Assembly: GCA_013265495.1 (NCBI GenBank)
Contig: MU058065.1
Span: forward strand, 7,192,302 to 7,256,301
Direction of reading: 5' to 3'
Source of the DNA: Vicugna vicugna
Taxonomy: Eukaryota
Length of the DNA: 64,000 bases
Under the pieces are notes generated by a model. That model was not told where the DNA came from. It saw only the letters and a program-made list of their open reading frames with translations, and did no database searches. Each line of letters starts with the position of its first letter. Positions within the stretch are counted from its first letter, which is position 1. Of the stretch, positions 12,931 through 25,055 are shown in pieces. Made by a program: the position numbers and the translations under genes.

Positions 12931-13390
12931 TCAGCGGGTCCTAAATAGGTTAGCCTTTCAGCTCTCCTTTCCTGTGAGCACTATCTGATCTTTGCTCACT
13001 CCACAAGTGTGTGCGAGGAAGGGCAGCCGGAGAAGGCGGGGAAGATGGGGGAGGGTGTGAAATGCCCTAAGAAATCGTCCTTTGTTTTTCACTTCAATTA
13101 AACAGAGCCCTGTGTTTCCACGGTGCTTTTGTTTTCAGAGAGAGTCCTCATTTATCCCAATCCCATTCCTGGGAAGAAAAAAGGAAGGTAGAGAAGAGTC
13201 TCTCCACTTCTTTTTCTTTTTTTTTTGTTTTCAGTGCGTGAAGTCATCCATGCTCACTGACAAGAAGGAAAAACAACAACAAAATTCAGAGAGTGTGTAT
13301 GTGGCAAATATGTTTCTCCCATTTTTGTGCCTGTCTTTTGACTTTTTTGAGGGTGTCTTTTGCAACAAATGGTTTATATTTTATATTTTT

Positions 13391-13934
13391 TGTTATGTTG
13401 AGGCGGGAAGCCCCATAAAAAGACCGGCAGGACCCCTACTCTCCTGCCAGCACCGTCCTGTTCTATCTCACTTTTTGCCTCTAAAGCGGCTAACTTACAC
13501 GTAAAATTCTATTGGGTCCCTGAGCTCACTTCTGATTGGTTATTTCCTTCACTCCTGATAGGTTTTTACTCTCGCTCCTGATTGGTTATTACTCTCACTT
13601 CTGATTGGTCCACTTCCCTAACTTCTGATTGGTCCATTTGTAGTACTTCATTTGCATGGAGCTCACTTCTGATTGGTCTATTTCTACAAAGCTTGTTCCT
13701 GGTTGGTCAACTTCTGTTGCACTTTATTTGCATATGGTGTAGCAAAGTGTAAAACTGGCAGCCTATAAAAGGCCTGTGTAAACCTGTAGACTGGATCCAG
13801 AGCTTGAAGTGTTAACTTTTTTGCGTCAACTGATGTAATAAACCTCGGAGTTCTCCGACTTTCCGAGTGCTGCTTGGTGTCTTGCCCAGATTCAGGTTGA
13901 TGTCACAACTGAGCTGTAACACCGAGCTGTAACA
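13391..13934 (+). mobile_element. ERV solo LTR (~545 bp) with tandem CCAAT-box repeats
   Basis: Terminal inverted repeat TGTTA...TAACA, TATAAAA at 13764, AATAAA at 13837 and repeated CACTTCTGATTGG units. The TSD is ambiguous because both flanks are T-rich. Confidence 0.85.
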
Positions 13935-14187
13935 CATTTTTCTGCAACAATGTGTTTCCCCTTCCCTACCCCAGGGCCATAAACACATTATCCCATATTC
14001 TCTTCCAATACTTTCACGCACACATTGTTCAGGTTTTTAATCCATCTGGACTTTACTTTTGTGAATGACATGGCATAGTAATCTGATGTTATTTATTTAT
14101 TTTTAACCGGATGACTACCCAATTGTCAGTCCTTGTCCAGTTATTTGACACGATGGTTTTGCCCTGTCTTAATTCTCTCCTGTATGT

Positions 14188-15089
14188 GGAGTATTAGTTT
14201 CCTGTTGCTGTTGTAACAAAGTACACAGATTTAGGGGATTTAAACAACACAAATTTATCTTCCAATTCTAGAGATCAGAGTCTGCAATGGTTTCATGGAG
14301 CTAAAATCAAGGTGTTGGCAGAGCTGCATTTTTTTTAGGGGGAGGCTCTAGGGGAGAATTTGTTTCCTTGCTCTTTCCAGCTGCCTACATTCCTTGGTTC
14401 GTGGCCCCCTTCTATCTTAGAGTCAGCAATGGCCAGTAAAGTCTTTCTCATGCTGCATCACTCTGAAGTTGACTCTCATGATCCCCCCTCCCCTCTTTCA
14501 TTTAGAAAGACCCTGTGATTATACTGGGCCTACCTAGATAATCCAGGATAATCTCCTTACCTCGTTCAAAGTCAGCTGATTAATTCCATCTGCAGCTTTA
14601 ATTCTCCACTGCCATGTGTTATGGGCTGAGTTGGGTCTCCTCATAATTCATATGTTGGAGCTCTGACCCCCCAATACCTCGGAATGTGGCTGTATCTGGA
14701 GAAAGTGCCTTTAGAGAGGTAATTAATGTTAAATGAAGTCATATGGGTGGGTCCTATTCCAACCTGACCAGTGTCTTTCTAAGAAGAGGAAGTTTGGACA
14801 CACAAAGAGACACCAGGAATGCATAAGTCCAGAGAAAAAGACAATGTGAAGAGGCAGTAATAGGGCTGCTGTCTGTAAACCAAGGAGAGAGGCCTCCGAG
14901 AAAACCAACTCTGCTGGCATCTGGATCTTGATCTTCCAGCCTCCAGAGCTGTGAGAAAATAAATTTCTGTTGTCTAAGCCACACCGTCTGCAGTATTTTG
15001 TTACGGCAGCCCTAGCAAACGAATCCACCTCTAACGTCACATATTCACAGGCGTCAGGTATTGGGAGACCATTATTCTGCCTACTGCAC
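14188..15089 (-). mobile_element. MLT1D/E-like MaLR LTR interrupted by an MLT1A/B-like LTR
   Basis: GTATTAGTTTCCTGTTGCTGTTGTAACAAA at the left end. It resumes after ~15030 with CACATATTCACAGG...CCATTATTCTGCCTACTGCA. Confidence 0.8.
14617..15028 (+). mobile_element. MLT1A/B-like MaLR LTR
   Basis: TGTTATGGGCTGAGTTGGGTC...CCAGAGCTGTGAGAAAATAAATTTCTGTTG...GTTACGGCAGCCCTAGCAAAC. Confidence 0.85.
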
Positions 15090-16662
15090 ATGAGCTGATT
15101 TGTAGTTGCTCTATTCTGCTGCATTGGTTTGTTCATTTATTCCTGAGCCAATACCACATTTTAAACATTTACAGGGTGTTATGATTATTTTACCTGGTGG
15201 GGTGAATTTCCCTTTGTGTTCTTTGTTTTTATTCACCCAATATTGTCTTGATTATTCTGATGCATTTGTTCTTCCATATCAATTTTAGAATCATTTTGTC
15301 AAGTTTCCTGAACATTGTGACTGCATTACATTTATGACATTTGACATCTTTATGTGAACATGGTATTTTTCCATTTAATCAGATCTTTGGTCTGCCTTTC
15401 TTCGTAATGTGCTTTCTCCTCTCCTGGTAGTAAGTTTTTCAGAGGTGCAGTATAATTGTCATCGGTATTGGAAGCGAGTCAATTCTTCCTCCTTTACAGA
15501 AGGAAAATAGACCCAGGGAGGGAAAGGACTTATCTTGGAGCAAGCTATGGTGGAACACAGACCTATGGTTCCTAACCGTTGTGCTCTGTCCTTGGCCACT
15601 TGGAGCCTCTGGGCCAGCTTCCATTAGATCCAGGATGCAGTGTTCTGTTTTAGGTCAGTGCTCATGCATCTGTAACAGCGCTGGACCAGATCTGGGAACA
15701 AACTTCCTTTGAGCTCAGAATGGTTGAGAAGTCGTGTAAGAGTCTGTCCTATTTCACAGATGGAAACATCATATGGTAGAGGGTGGGTGAGAAGTGTGAG
15801 AAGGAAGCAAGGGAGCAGCTGTGGAATCACTTACTTCTTCACCAGGGCCTATTAAGCAACTATCATCAGGGAAGGAATATGTGCTTGTAAAAAGCAATAA
15901 CAAATAGATCTCTGGTTCACAATCCACAAGAAATTAAAGTCCAACTCCCGCTCATTGGGGAGCAGTAAATAGGCCCCAAGGCCCTTCATTAGGATGACTA
16001 AAAAGATTAAGACTTTTAATAAAAAGAGAGACGTTAGGTTAATTTGACCATGGAAGAGAATGTGTACTATGACCCAGAGATACCAAGGGTCAGAGGATGC
16101 AGACAGCAGTGATGAAAGACTCTGTCTCTCTCAGGTTGCTCAGATCACCTCCCTACATGGCCCCAGCTGCAGGAGCAGCCGCAGGTAGCAGGGGTCAGCT
16201 TGATCTTGGCCGTCTCCCAGACATCCTGGGGCCGCCTTCAGGAGCTGCCCAGTTTGGACTCCCTCAGCCTCTCATTTAGCCTTAGGCAGAGGTCATGATC
16301 CATTGGCTACACTCAAGGATACTGTATTAGCAAATACTTTGGGGGATTTTCCAAATATCTTTCAGCAGCTGCATTTTCTAGGTGGTTGATGTCTAAGAAA
16401 TTGGGGAATATTGCTTATTCCCAAGCAAAGTAGGGCTTTTGGGACCCCAACTCTGCTCCATATGAAGACCTCAATTTTACAAACTAGAAAGTGGAGGCTT
16501 GAGAAGGAAATTACTTGAGTAATTGTTCATTACTCTTAGAAATCTTAGAGCCCAAGGACCCACGATAGTTCACATTTAAGGGGGTGGTGGCTCTTCTCCT
16601 GACTGATGGGATACATTATGAACTATAAAAACTACAGAGACCAAGGAGTCAACAATGGAAGA

Positions 16663-16695
16663 GGTGTGTGTGTGTGTGCGTGCGTGTGTGTGTGT
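16663..16695. repeat. (GT)n/(GC) microsatellite
   Basis: Directly visible. Confidence 0.9.
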
Positions 16696-16819
16696 AGAGG
16701 ATATGCAAGTAAGAAGGATGAGGTCCTTTATTTTTGCCAGAGGCAGCTAGAAGATTACTGCTTCCTCATCGGCACAGAGGAAATGTTCTAACAGGAAATT
16801 GAGTATTAGTTCCATTTTT

Positions 16820-16885
16820 CCATCCATCCATCCATTCATTTGTCCATCTATCAGTCCATCCATCCATGCATCTATGTACCCATCC
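16820..16885. repeat. Degenerate (CCAT)n repeat
   Basis: Directly visible. Confidence 0.75.
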
Positions 16886-17689
16886 AATATATTCATGTAT
16901 GTTCTGCATGAATGGTGTTTGAATGGTATGGAGTTGTGAGATGCCTTGCTAAGAAATTTGAAGTTAATCCTAGAATCAATGAAGAGCCGTTGAAAATTGC
17001 TGGATGAGGGAATGGCTAGATGTGGGAAGGGATTCAGGAAGAGTAAGGCAGCATGAAGAGGGGTCTAAGGGGGCAAAAGGTAGTTGTAGTCCTTTCAAAA
17101 TCTCACAGGTGAGTCTGAATTCATCTCTTTTCTGGTTGGGGTCCTGAGCCAGTTCTGGTCTTGACTGAAAAGGGGTCAGACAAAAATTAGAAAGGTGTAA
17201 GAATTGGCTAGAAGCCTGAGAGAACAAGACATCTGATGTGATGTGTTCAGTGGACTTGTCTGGAAAATAATCAGTTCAACAAATATTTGCTGGGTACATT
17301 CTCAATTTTCCCTGTCATTTTCTTCCACCCTCTAGCCCAAGGGGCCCTGTGCTTTCTGGTAGGACTGTTAGGGAGGAAAGGTCTGGGTCTGGGTCTTGGA
17401 GCTGTAGCTTTTGCACATTTCTAGGCACTCCAGCAAATTCAGCAGTCTGGTATATGGAATGGGTTTGGGAGCTGAGGAGGGTACATTATATATGAAGAGA
17501 CAAGGGGACAGAACAAATAGGGGTCTGTTGGTGAACAAGTGCTAAGAATAACCTTAGAGGTGGTGGGGAAAGAGACCTTCCTTCTCCATCGTTAACTAAA
17601 CAGCTGCCTGCGCAAGTCTCTGCTTCAGGGGCCCTGCATGGGACGTTGCCAGGATGCTTGCCTTCCAAAGGATTATGACAAGGGAAGGA

Positions 17690-17860
17690 GCAAGAGATTT
17701 AGAGTCACACAGATCTGCTTACCAGCTGAGTGACCTGAGCCCTGCTTGCCTCAAGCTCTCTGAGCCTCAGTTTCTTCAACTGGAAAATGAGGATCATAAT
17801 ATCACCTGACTCATGGGATTATTTGGAGGACTAAGTATAATAATGTATGTAAGAATGACT
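17690..17860 (+). mobile_element. MIR SINE
   Basis: CTCTCTGAGCCTCAGTTTCTTCAACTGGAAAATGAGGATCATAAT core. Confidence 0.75.
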
Positions 17861-19574
17861 TTGTAGAATGCCAATCACTATTTAAAGATTAAAAATGAAT
17901 AACAAGAAGTTTTCCAATGTAACGGCCATTGTCTTCAAATGCAAGCACATTAACCCCCTCCCCAAATCTTCTGTGGTGTTAACATCTGAAGAGGCTAAGA
18001 TCCAGGAGGGAAAAGGCTGCCTGGGCCCCTCAGTATTTATAAGTAAAAGTTGTATTCTCAGCCACAAGGGGACCTGTGAGTGTATGGATGAAACATCCTG
18101 TCTTTTTGGGAATGTGCATAGGGTGCATAGGTCTTTTTTCACATTTTGTGACTATTTATTGGTTTTTAAAATATGATTTGTTGTGATATTATATCTAGTT
18201 GACCTCATTTGTGTGTGTGTGTGCGTGCGTGCTTTGCTTTGCTTTATTTTGTTTCGTGAATCAAATCTAGAAAATAAAACATTACTTCCAAGTGGTTGGA
18301 GTTAGAGGAAGTGGGGGAGGAAATACAGCCCCAAGTTGAACCTCAGGAGATCAGAGGCAGAACTCCGTAGCTTTCTGGAAACAGGGCCACCTTCCACTTT
18401 GTCCCAGTCTGAGAGGAAAGCCTCACTACTGGTTGGTTTCTAGTACTGGCCTTCTTCTTCTCTGCCCTGGGGAGACCCTGCCCCTTGCTGACTATCAGTC
18501 CAGAGCTACAGGATGGGGCCACCACTGCGGCCAGGGCTGGGAGTGTGTCACTCTGTCCAGAGACAGGGAACATTGGGTGGGTGGAGGGTCAGCAGGGAGA
18601 GGCAATTTTCCTGGCACCGGGTCCTGCTCCTGGGGGAACAAGGATGTGAAAATTTTCTGTTTAGTTTTAGCTGTTCCTGTTCAGCAACTGATAATCTCTC
18701 CTTCTGTTGAAGGCATGGATTCAGTTAATGCTGGGGCTTTTGGCCTGTGAAATTATTAAAATGCCAAATGACAACCCCTTTGCTGGTTAAGGATATTTAT
18801 TTCAAGTCCTAAATCAATTTCAGCCCCCCTCTCTCTTTCTCTTACCACTGTTCTCCTCCTGGTGCACCCCTCCCCTTTGGACCTTGGGAAAATCCAATTT
18901 CCTTCCTGCCTTAATCTCTCTCCAGCGTTTGCACTGGCTCTGCTCTGCCCGCACCTGCTCCTTCCAGCTGTGAGATTCCTTTTGGTAAAATACTTTGTGT
19001 CCTGCCAAGTTGTCGATGGACAAGACCCCCATGGCTGCTTCCTGGCTTCCTTAATGAACACGGTTGTTCTGTCCCACCAGGTCCCCAGGAGCTCCCTGCT
19101 TCAATCTGTTAGCCAGCAGTGATTTCCACATTTAGAATGAGCCCCCTGCCCTGGGCCCCTAAGCGCCTGCTCTCGACTGAGGAAAGAATTTGAAATCTAG
19201 CACTCCCCATGCTGGTACTAAGTGCTTTGAGCTTTACAGCCCCTACTCCTGTATCATAGGAATGTCAGGCTAAGCAGAGAGACTCCAGATCTGCCGGGTC
19301 CCTGGCCTTGGGGCTAAACTCTCATTATTAATAACAGCAATCACCACCCAGAATTCAGGTCATAAATAATAAGTGTCTTTCAGCAGTCACGAGATTGGCT
19401 GCAAACATTTATCATCTACACACCTCTTGAAATAGCCATGGGAATGAACAGCAGAACTATTATGGCCAATTTCTATCTCTTTGTCAATGCAAACAACTTA
19501 GTTTCATTTAAAAAGAAAAGTCTGAAGTAGCATGAACTTCATGTGACCATGATAGACATTCTACAAGAAAGGAT

Positions 19575-19780
19575 TCTATCACTGAAAAGTTTGGAAAACT
19601 CTTTGTTACATAAAAAATGTTAAATAGATTTCTTTATAGAAAGACTTCTCTGAATCTTTAATATATTAATATGCATCAGGAATTTCCAGGAGAGGTCAGT
19701 TGTGTTTCCCCAAAGTTTATTTGACCTGGATTTTTTCCACCTTTGGTATACATAGCATGTCATATCTTGCAGGACACTGT
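19575..19780. mobile_element. hAT-Charlie (MER113-like) fragment
   Basis: AAGTTTGGAAAAC...GTTAAATAGATTTCTTTATAG...TTTCCCCAAAGTTTATTTGACC; similar to 42185-42425. Confidence 0.5.
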
Positions 19781-19781
19781 T

Positions 19782-19925
19782 CAGCGGTGTGCTGGAAATA
19801 CTTAACAAATGGCTCTCTGGGAGGGGGTAAAAGACCCCATTAGTAGTGTTTGTGGGTTTCTGTGGTGTAAATACTCCCACTATGGCTGATTTTGAGCTGT
19901 CAGGATGAAGTCATCAAACATGGTG
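19782..19925. mobile_element. MER63-like (hAT-Blackjack) fragment
   Basis: CAGCGGTGTGCTGGAAATACTTAACAA...GTGGTGTAAATACTCCCACTATGGCTGATTT. Confidence 0.7.
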
Positions 19926-19984
19926 TTGGCTTCTTCCTTTGCTATCTTGGAATCTTTAGTCGTAGTTTCTCCTCCCCTCCCCTC

Positions 19985-20310
19985 CTTTCTCCTCTCGCTA
20001 GATGATCAAATCCATTCTTATGGATTTAAATACCACCATTATTTTGATGGCTCCCAAATACATAACTTGAAATCAGACCTCTTCTCTAAGCCCCACACTT
20101 CTAGAATCAAGAGTCTACTTGGTATCTCTATCTAGATATGTTTCTTTAAAGTTTCTCAACTTTAACTTGTGCGGAAAGGAACTTACTTCTCCCTCAGCCT
20201 TCCTTATCTCATAGCATTTCCTTCGATGTGTTTGCCTGATGCCCAAATCTAGGAATCATTCTTGATTCAACTTTTGTTCTTATCTCCCATATCCAATCTA
20301 TCAGTCTTGA
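19985..20310 (+). mobile_element. L2 fragment
   Basis: GATGGCTCCCAAAT...CAGACCTCTTCTCT...AATCTAGGAATCATTCTTGATTC. Confidence 0.6.
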
Positions 20311-21002
20311 ATGAATGCATTTTACTCCATTTCCTCCTTTTATCTTGAGAGTCGTCATCTTGTGTTACACTCAAGCTCTGAAACAGTCTACTGGGTCTAT
20401 ATTCTGCTTTGACTTACCAAGAAGAAAAGTCTAGAAGAGGGGCTTCTGCTTAATTACTCTTAGATTTTTCTTCTGACTCCTCTTGAGACTAGTAGACCAT
20501 CAAGTTCTCTAAAGTGTCTTCCCTGCCCAGCAGAACCCAAATGGGCTTCTCCTTATTCAGTGGGATCCAAGTTAGTCTGGGCTCCCTCCCATCTCCCTCA
20601 TATTCAGTCACTGTCCCATGGCCTTTGCTATTGCATCCCAGCCTCCAGTCTCAAACATAGATGGGAGGTCCAATGGGACAAGGCACCTTGGGAAAATTCA
20701 AATAAGTGAGGTACAGGCTTCAAGAAATGCTGGTTTATTCTTTTTTCTCTCTTATGGTTGTGTTTCTAAGGTGCTGTTGGTTTCATGCTGATTTCCCATG
20801 AATCCCCAGCCTCACCTATGGGAAAAAGAAATTCCAAGGAATTTTCCCCCATTTTAAGATAGAAAGCTAAAGTTCAGGTTGTGACTGGCCACATTCAAGG
20901 CAGCCATGTGGTTCTTCTGGCTCTGTCTCTAGAAGGTAGAGATATAAACCAAAATTCAAGTTTCCTGCAGGGAACAGCTGTGGGGAGGGGATGGGCATAA
21001 GG

Positions 21003-23403
21003 AAGGCCATACCCAGGTTCTAGGGGGCCTTAAGCTGGTATAATTTGGAGGCCTTCTTTAAGAAAAAGAATACAAAATTCTATACAAAAGTGAACATTCA
21101 GTTAGAATGAGAAATCACAAGAAATTACAAATTAAAAAATGAGTACCAAATACCATGAGCATCCCAGAATTGAGAAAATAACATTTATAATTTTATTAAC
21201 AGACCATCTCTGTAATACTTTTTGCTACATAGTGGCTGCATGTTCTTTTATTGCTTTTTTATATGTCAATAATTTGGTAATATTTTCTACAGCCAGAATA
21301 GTTACAGAAGGATAATTTTGTTTTTTTTTCTCCCTTGATTATAATTGACTTTTTAAAATTATTGATCACTTAATTTTTGGGTCAGTTTTATAACTTGTCA
21401 TTGGCACTGTCGTATCATTTTTGGGTTTTCAATACTAAATTTGGGAACATCTCAGTCACTTTTTTGTCATATATGAGTTGGAAGATTTAAGGCATTTCAA
21501 GTTTTTTTTTAGATTTAAACAATTTAATTGTGGCAAAATACACATAGCATAAAACTTACCATCTTAACCATTTTTAAATAGACAGTTTAGTGCACTAAAC
21601 TCTATATCCATTAAACTACAATTTCCCCTTTGCCCTCCCCCTTGCCCCTGGTAACCACCATTCTACTTTCAGTTTCTATGAATGTGACTACCCTAGATAC
21701 TTCATTTAAGTGAAATCTTACGGTATTTTTCTATTAGTGACTGACTTATTTCACTTAGCAGTATGTCCTCAAGGTTCATTTATGTTGTAGAATGTGTCAG
21801 AATTTCCTTCCTTTTTAAGGGTGAATAATATTTCACTGTATGTATCAACCACATTTTGCTTACCCATGCATCTACTGATGAATGGAGTTTTCTCCACCCT
21901 TTGTCTACTGTGAATAATGCCACTATGAACATAGGTGTACAAAAATCTCTTTTGAGACCGTGCTTTCAATTCATTTGTGTATATACCCAGCAGTGGAATT
22001 GTTAGATAATATGTTAATTTTATTTTACATTTTTTTTAAGGAACCACCATACTGTTTTTCATAGTGGCTATACCATTTTGCATTTCCACCAACAGTATTC
22101 AGGTTTTTCAAACTTTCCACATCCTTATCAATACTTGTTATTTTCTGTTTTCTTTCTTTCTTTCTTTCTTTTTTTTTGATAGTGTCCATCCTATAAGATG
22201 TGAGGTGGTATCACATTGTGATTTTGATCTGTATTTCCCTAATGATTAGTAATGTTGAGCATCTTTTCATGTGTATTGGCCATCTGTATTATTCTGTACT
22301 ATCTTTTTCGGAGAAATGTCTATTCAAGTCTTTTTTCCATTTTTCAATCGAATTTTGTTTGTTGTTGATCAAGCTTTCTTGAGCAGTGACTAATTTTAAA
22401 TGCCTCTCAAACTGACTGCACTCATTAACTAACTCGCCTTTCATGGTGTTGCTGTAGTAGCACATTGTGGATTTTGTCATTTTTTAGTGCCACCACAATC
22501 AGCAAGAAATTAAACTCTTTTTTTCAATGTGTTGACACAATTTTCTTCTCTTTTACAGTTGCATTACCTGACAATCCAAAGTCTATTCATTACTTCTATT
22601 TAAAATTTATCTCTGCTAATAAATTACTGCTTTTGGAATGAGCAAAACATTTTCTGTTACAAGTCATGGGTCGATGTCAAAGTTACTTCTTCTGACTTCA
22701 TGCAGAAATCTATGAAAACTAATTTAAATATATGATAATATGTTTGTAATTGTACACATAGAGTTATCAAGTGCACTCCTAGTAAGAGAACACTCCCATT
22801 TTGCCTGGGGACCAGTGAGAACTGAACTTTCCACATACCAGTCTATGCTTCCGATGATGGTATAATTTCCCACTGCCTAGATTCTGACTTCTTATATTTC
22901 AAACCTTAATTCTTCTACATTATGCAGATACTTCCAGTTCTAGTGTCATAGGGTGCATTTGGCACGATAGCACCTCTGGCCTGACACCTTTATGCCATGA
23001 CACTGGGTCAGTCAGTAGAGTGGGTAGCAGGAATATTTCTGGGAGCCATTCCTGCAACGGGGCACCTGGAACTATACCTAGGAAGAGCTGTGAAACACAT
23101 AAAATTATCCTCCTAGAAAAAAACTAAACGCACCTTCAATTCAATTCTCTTTTAGCTAAATCCCCCAAATACCAACACCACCTGACATCAGAGGATGTGT
23201 GATTGGGAGAAAGTCAGAATGGAATGAGACAGTGGTATGAACTGATTATGGTTAAAATATTCTTCTTTGGCAAATTTTGCAAAAAAAAAAAAAAGTCCAC
23301 AGTGAAATATTTCTAGGACTCTTTCCAGAGCCTTGAAACTGTCCTGTGCAACTGAAGGGCCCTGAAGCTTAAACTTCATGAGCTTATGGGGAAATCTGGG
23401 CTG
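21003..23403. mobile_element. Zaphod/MER115-like (hAT-Tip100) DNA transposon remnant interrupted by an L1
   Basis: Left end CCCAGGTTCTAGGGGGCCTTAAGCT...CTTTAAGAAAAAGAATACAAAATT, right end GGGCCCTGAAGCTTAAACTTCATGAGCTTATGG, and an AT-rich interior. Confidence 0.65.
21502..22368 (-). mobile_element. L1MB-like 3' fragment
   Basis: Poly(T), then CCCCTGGTAACCACCATTCTACTTTC, ATACCCAGCAGTGGAATTG and GGAGAAATGTCTATTCAAGTC. Candidate TSD TCAAGTTTTTTT (21497-21508) / TCAAGCTTTCTT (22369-22380). Confidence 0.9.
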
Positions 23404-24548
23404 AGCATATGGATGGATAAGTAGAGCCCTTCTGTTTCGCAGGGGGGGTGCGATAAAGAATGTGGGAAGGGCAATGATCTGGTCAATTTGCATCTTGAAC
23501 CCAGGCTCTCAATTCAGGGTCCAGCACATTTCCTAGTCTCCCTGCCCTTCCCCTGCGATCACACACCACATGCTCCATATTCCTGGAATGGCCCAACTTG
23601 GCTGGGGACCATGGATTTCCTGGTGAGATGTCAGCAGGCTGTGATATTTTTATTTTACTATCCCACCATTCTTCACCTACAACAAATGTTCCCTTAATTG
23701 TTTCAGCATGAACCCCAGCTAACATTCCCCATTCCTAAGGGGTCTCTTGATCCCAACCTCATAGTAAACTCAACACATCCAAACGGGGTTGCCAGACGTG
23801 GCAGCTGGAATCCAGACATCATGGCCGATTTGAGCAATTAGCTGAACTCCCATCCTGGGCTGGCCTCATTAGGGGTGTCCAGATGTCCACTGCTGGAGCT
23901 GCCTTCCATCCCTGGGGGCGGACTGTCTCCCCAGGTGAAGCCAAACTTGTGTTTGTGGGAGGCATGTCAGAACTCAGAGAGCCCTTCCTCATTTTCAGGG
24001 ATGCTAATTGAAGTGGAGTGGGAATCACAGAGGCATAGGCTATGGCTGTCTGGTCCCCAAGGCTCTTTGGTTTCCCATGCATAATCGCCGTCTGCTCACA
24101 GCTCTCCCCATCTGGGGGCAAGCCCAGCTGCCACAGCTCAATCGATTGTGAAGAGTGTTCAGGCACAGTCATGCTGTTCGTCTGCTGGGCTCCCGGCATG
24201 ACTAAATAGGAACATCTGGAAAAGGGCAGGGCAGGGCTGGGGAGAAGGGGAGAAGGGCGGGGGAGGATTAAACCTGCTCCCTCTTTATGGGAAGATTTTC
24301 TCTGGTAATGTGTGCCTCCTCTTTCCCATGTTGTGGGAGGTAGGGAAAAGAGAATTTTATCCTAGAACAACTTGACAGAGGGCTGGGCCAGAGATACCAG
24401 CTTTTGTAAGGATCTCTAGCACACTCCGCTAGGGAGATGTTCACATCATAGTCTATGTGAGTGGCGCCCCCTGGAGTTTTGGAGTGCACATGATGTGTAG
24501 CCATAGAGCACTAGCCCTGCCAACTAGACACAAACTAGACCACGGGCT

Positions 24549-25055
24549 TGTCTTAGCTTGACTGTTTCTAGAAGCAGACCTGAGGTAAGCATTTGGACAA
24601 GAGTTGTTTAATTGGGAGGTGATACCAGGAAGTAACCAGTGGGGAGTTGGGCAGTGAGATGGGGAAGGGCAGGAAGAAAGCTGTGTGAATATGTGGGTTA
24701 ATTTAGAATGGCCAACCATCCCATCTGCTGGGGACTGAATCCCACTAGAATGTGGGACTTCCAGTGCTAAACTGGGAAGTCCCAGGGAAACTGGAACAAG
24801 TTGGTCACCCTAGTTGTATTAGTAATCAGGTCACTGCTGCAGGCAACTGGACTCAGTCAATTCCACGGGGATCACCTAGATCACCTGACTATGTAGATTT
24901 TGCCTTAGAATTGTCCCACTGAGAGGCAAAGAAGCTGAAATGTTTATCCATCAAATCCTGTTTGTTGTTGGTTGAGGGCTGCTCCCAGAGGGGTTAATCC
25001 TGTGATGTCTCTGGCCTGACTGCTCTGGGACAAACATGCTCCTATGGCCAGAGGA
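24549..25055 (-). mobile_element. Old ERVL-type LTR (family uncertain) interrupted by MER94
   Basis: TGTCTTAGC...AGAAGCAGACCTGAG...TTTAATTGGGAGGTGATACCAGGAAG. Confidence 0.5.
24705..24813. mobile_element. MER94-like (hAT-Blackjack) MITE
   Basis: GGGACTTCCAGTGCTAAACTGGGAAGTCCCAGG...GTTGGTCACCCTAG, with a degenerate TIR at the left end. Confidence 0.7.

Larger units (their letters stand above)
13300..15420 (-). mobile_element. Old L1 (L1M/L1ME) ORF2 fragment broken by three LTR insertions; L1 parts ~13300-13390, ~13935-14185, ~15090-15420
   Basis: GTGGCAAATATGTTTCTCCC, TTTTAATCCATCTGGACTTTACTTTTGTGAATG and TTCTTCCATATCAATTTTAGAATCA are antisense L1 ORF2 motifs in collinear order. Confidence 0.65.

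Noticed and set aside
13505..13710. Spaced short repeats as a CRISPR-like array
   Set aside because: The units are ~13 bp, degenerate, with short related spacers. They lie in an LTR U3 region in eukaryotic DNA with no cas genes.
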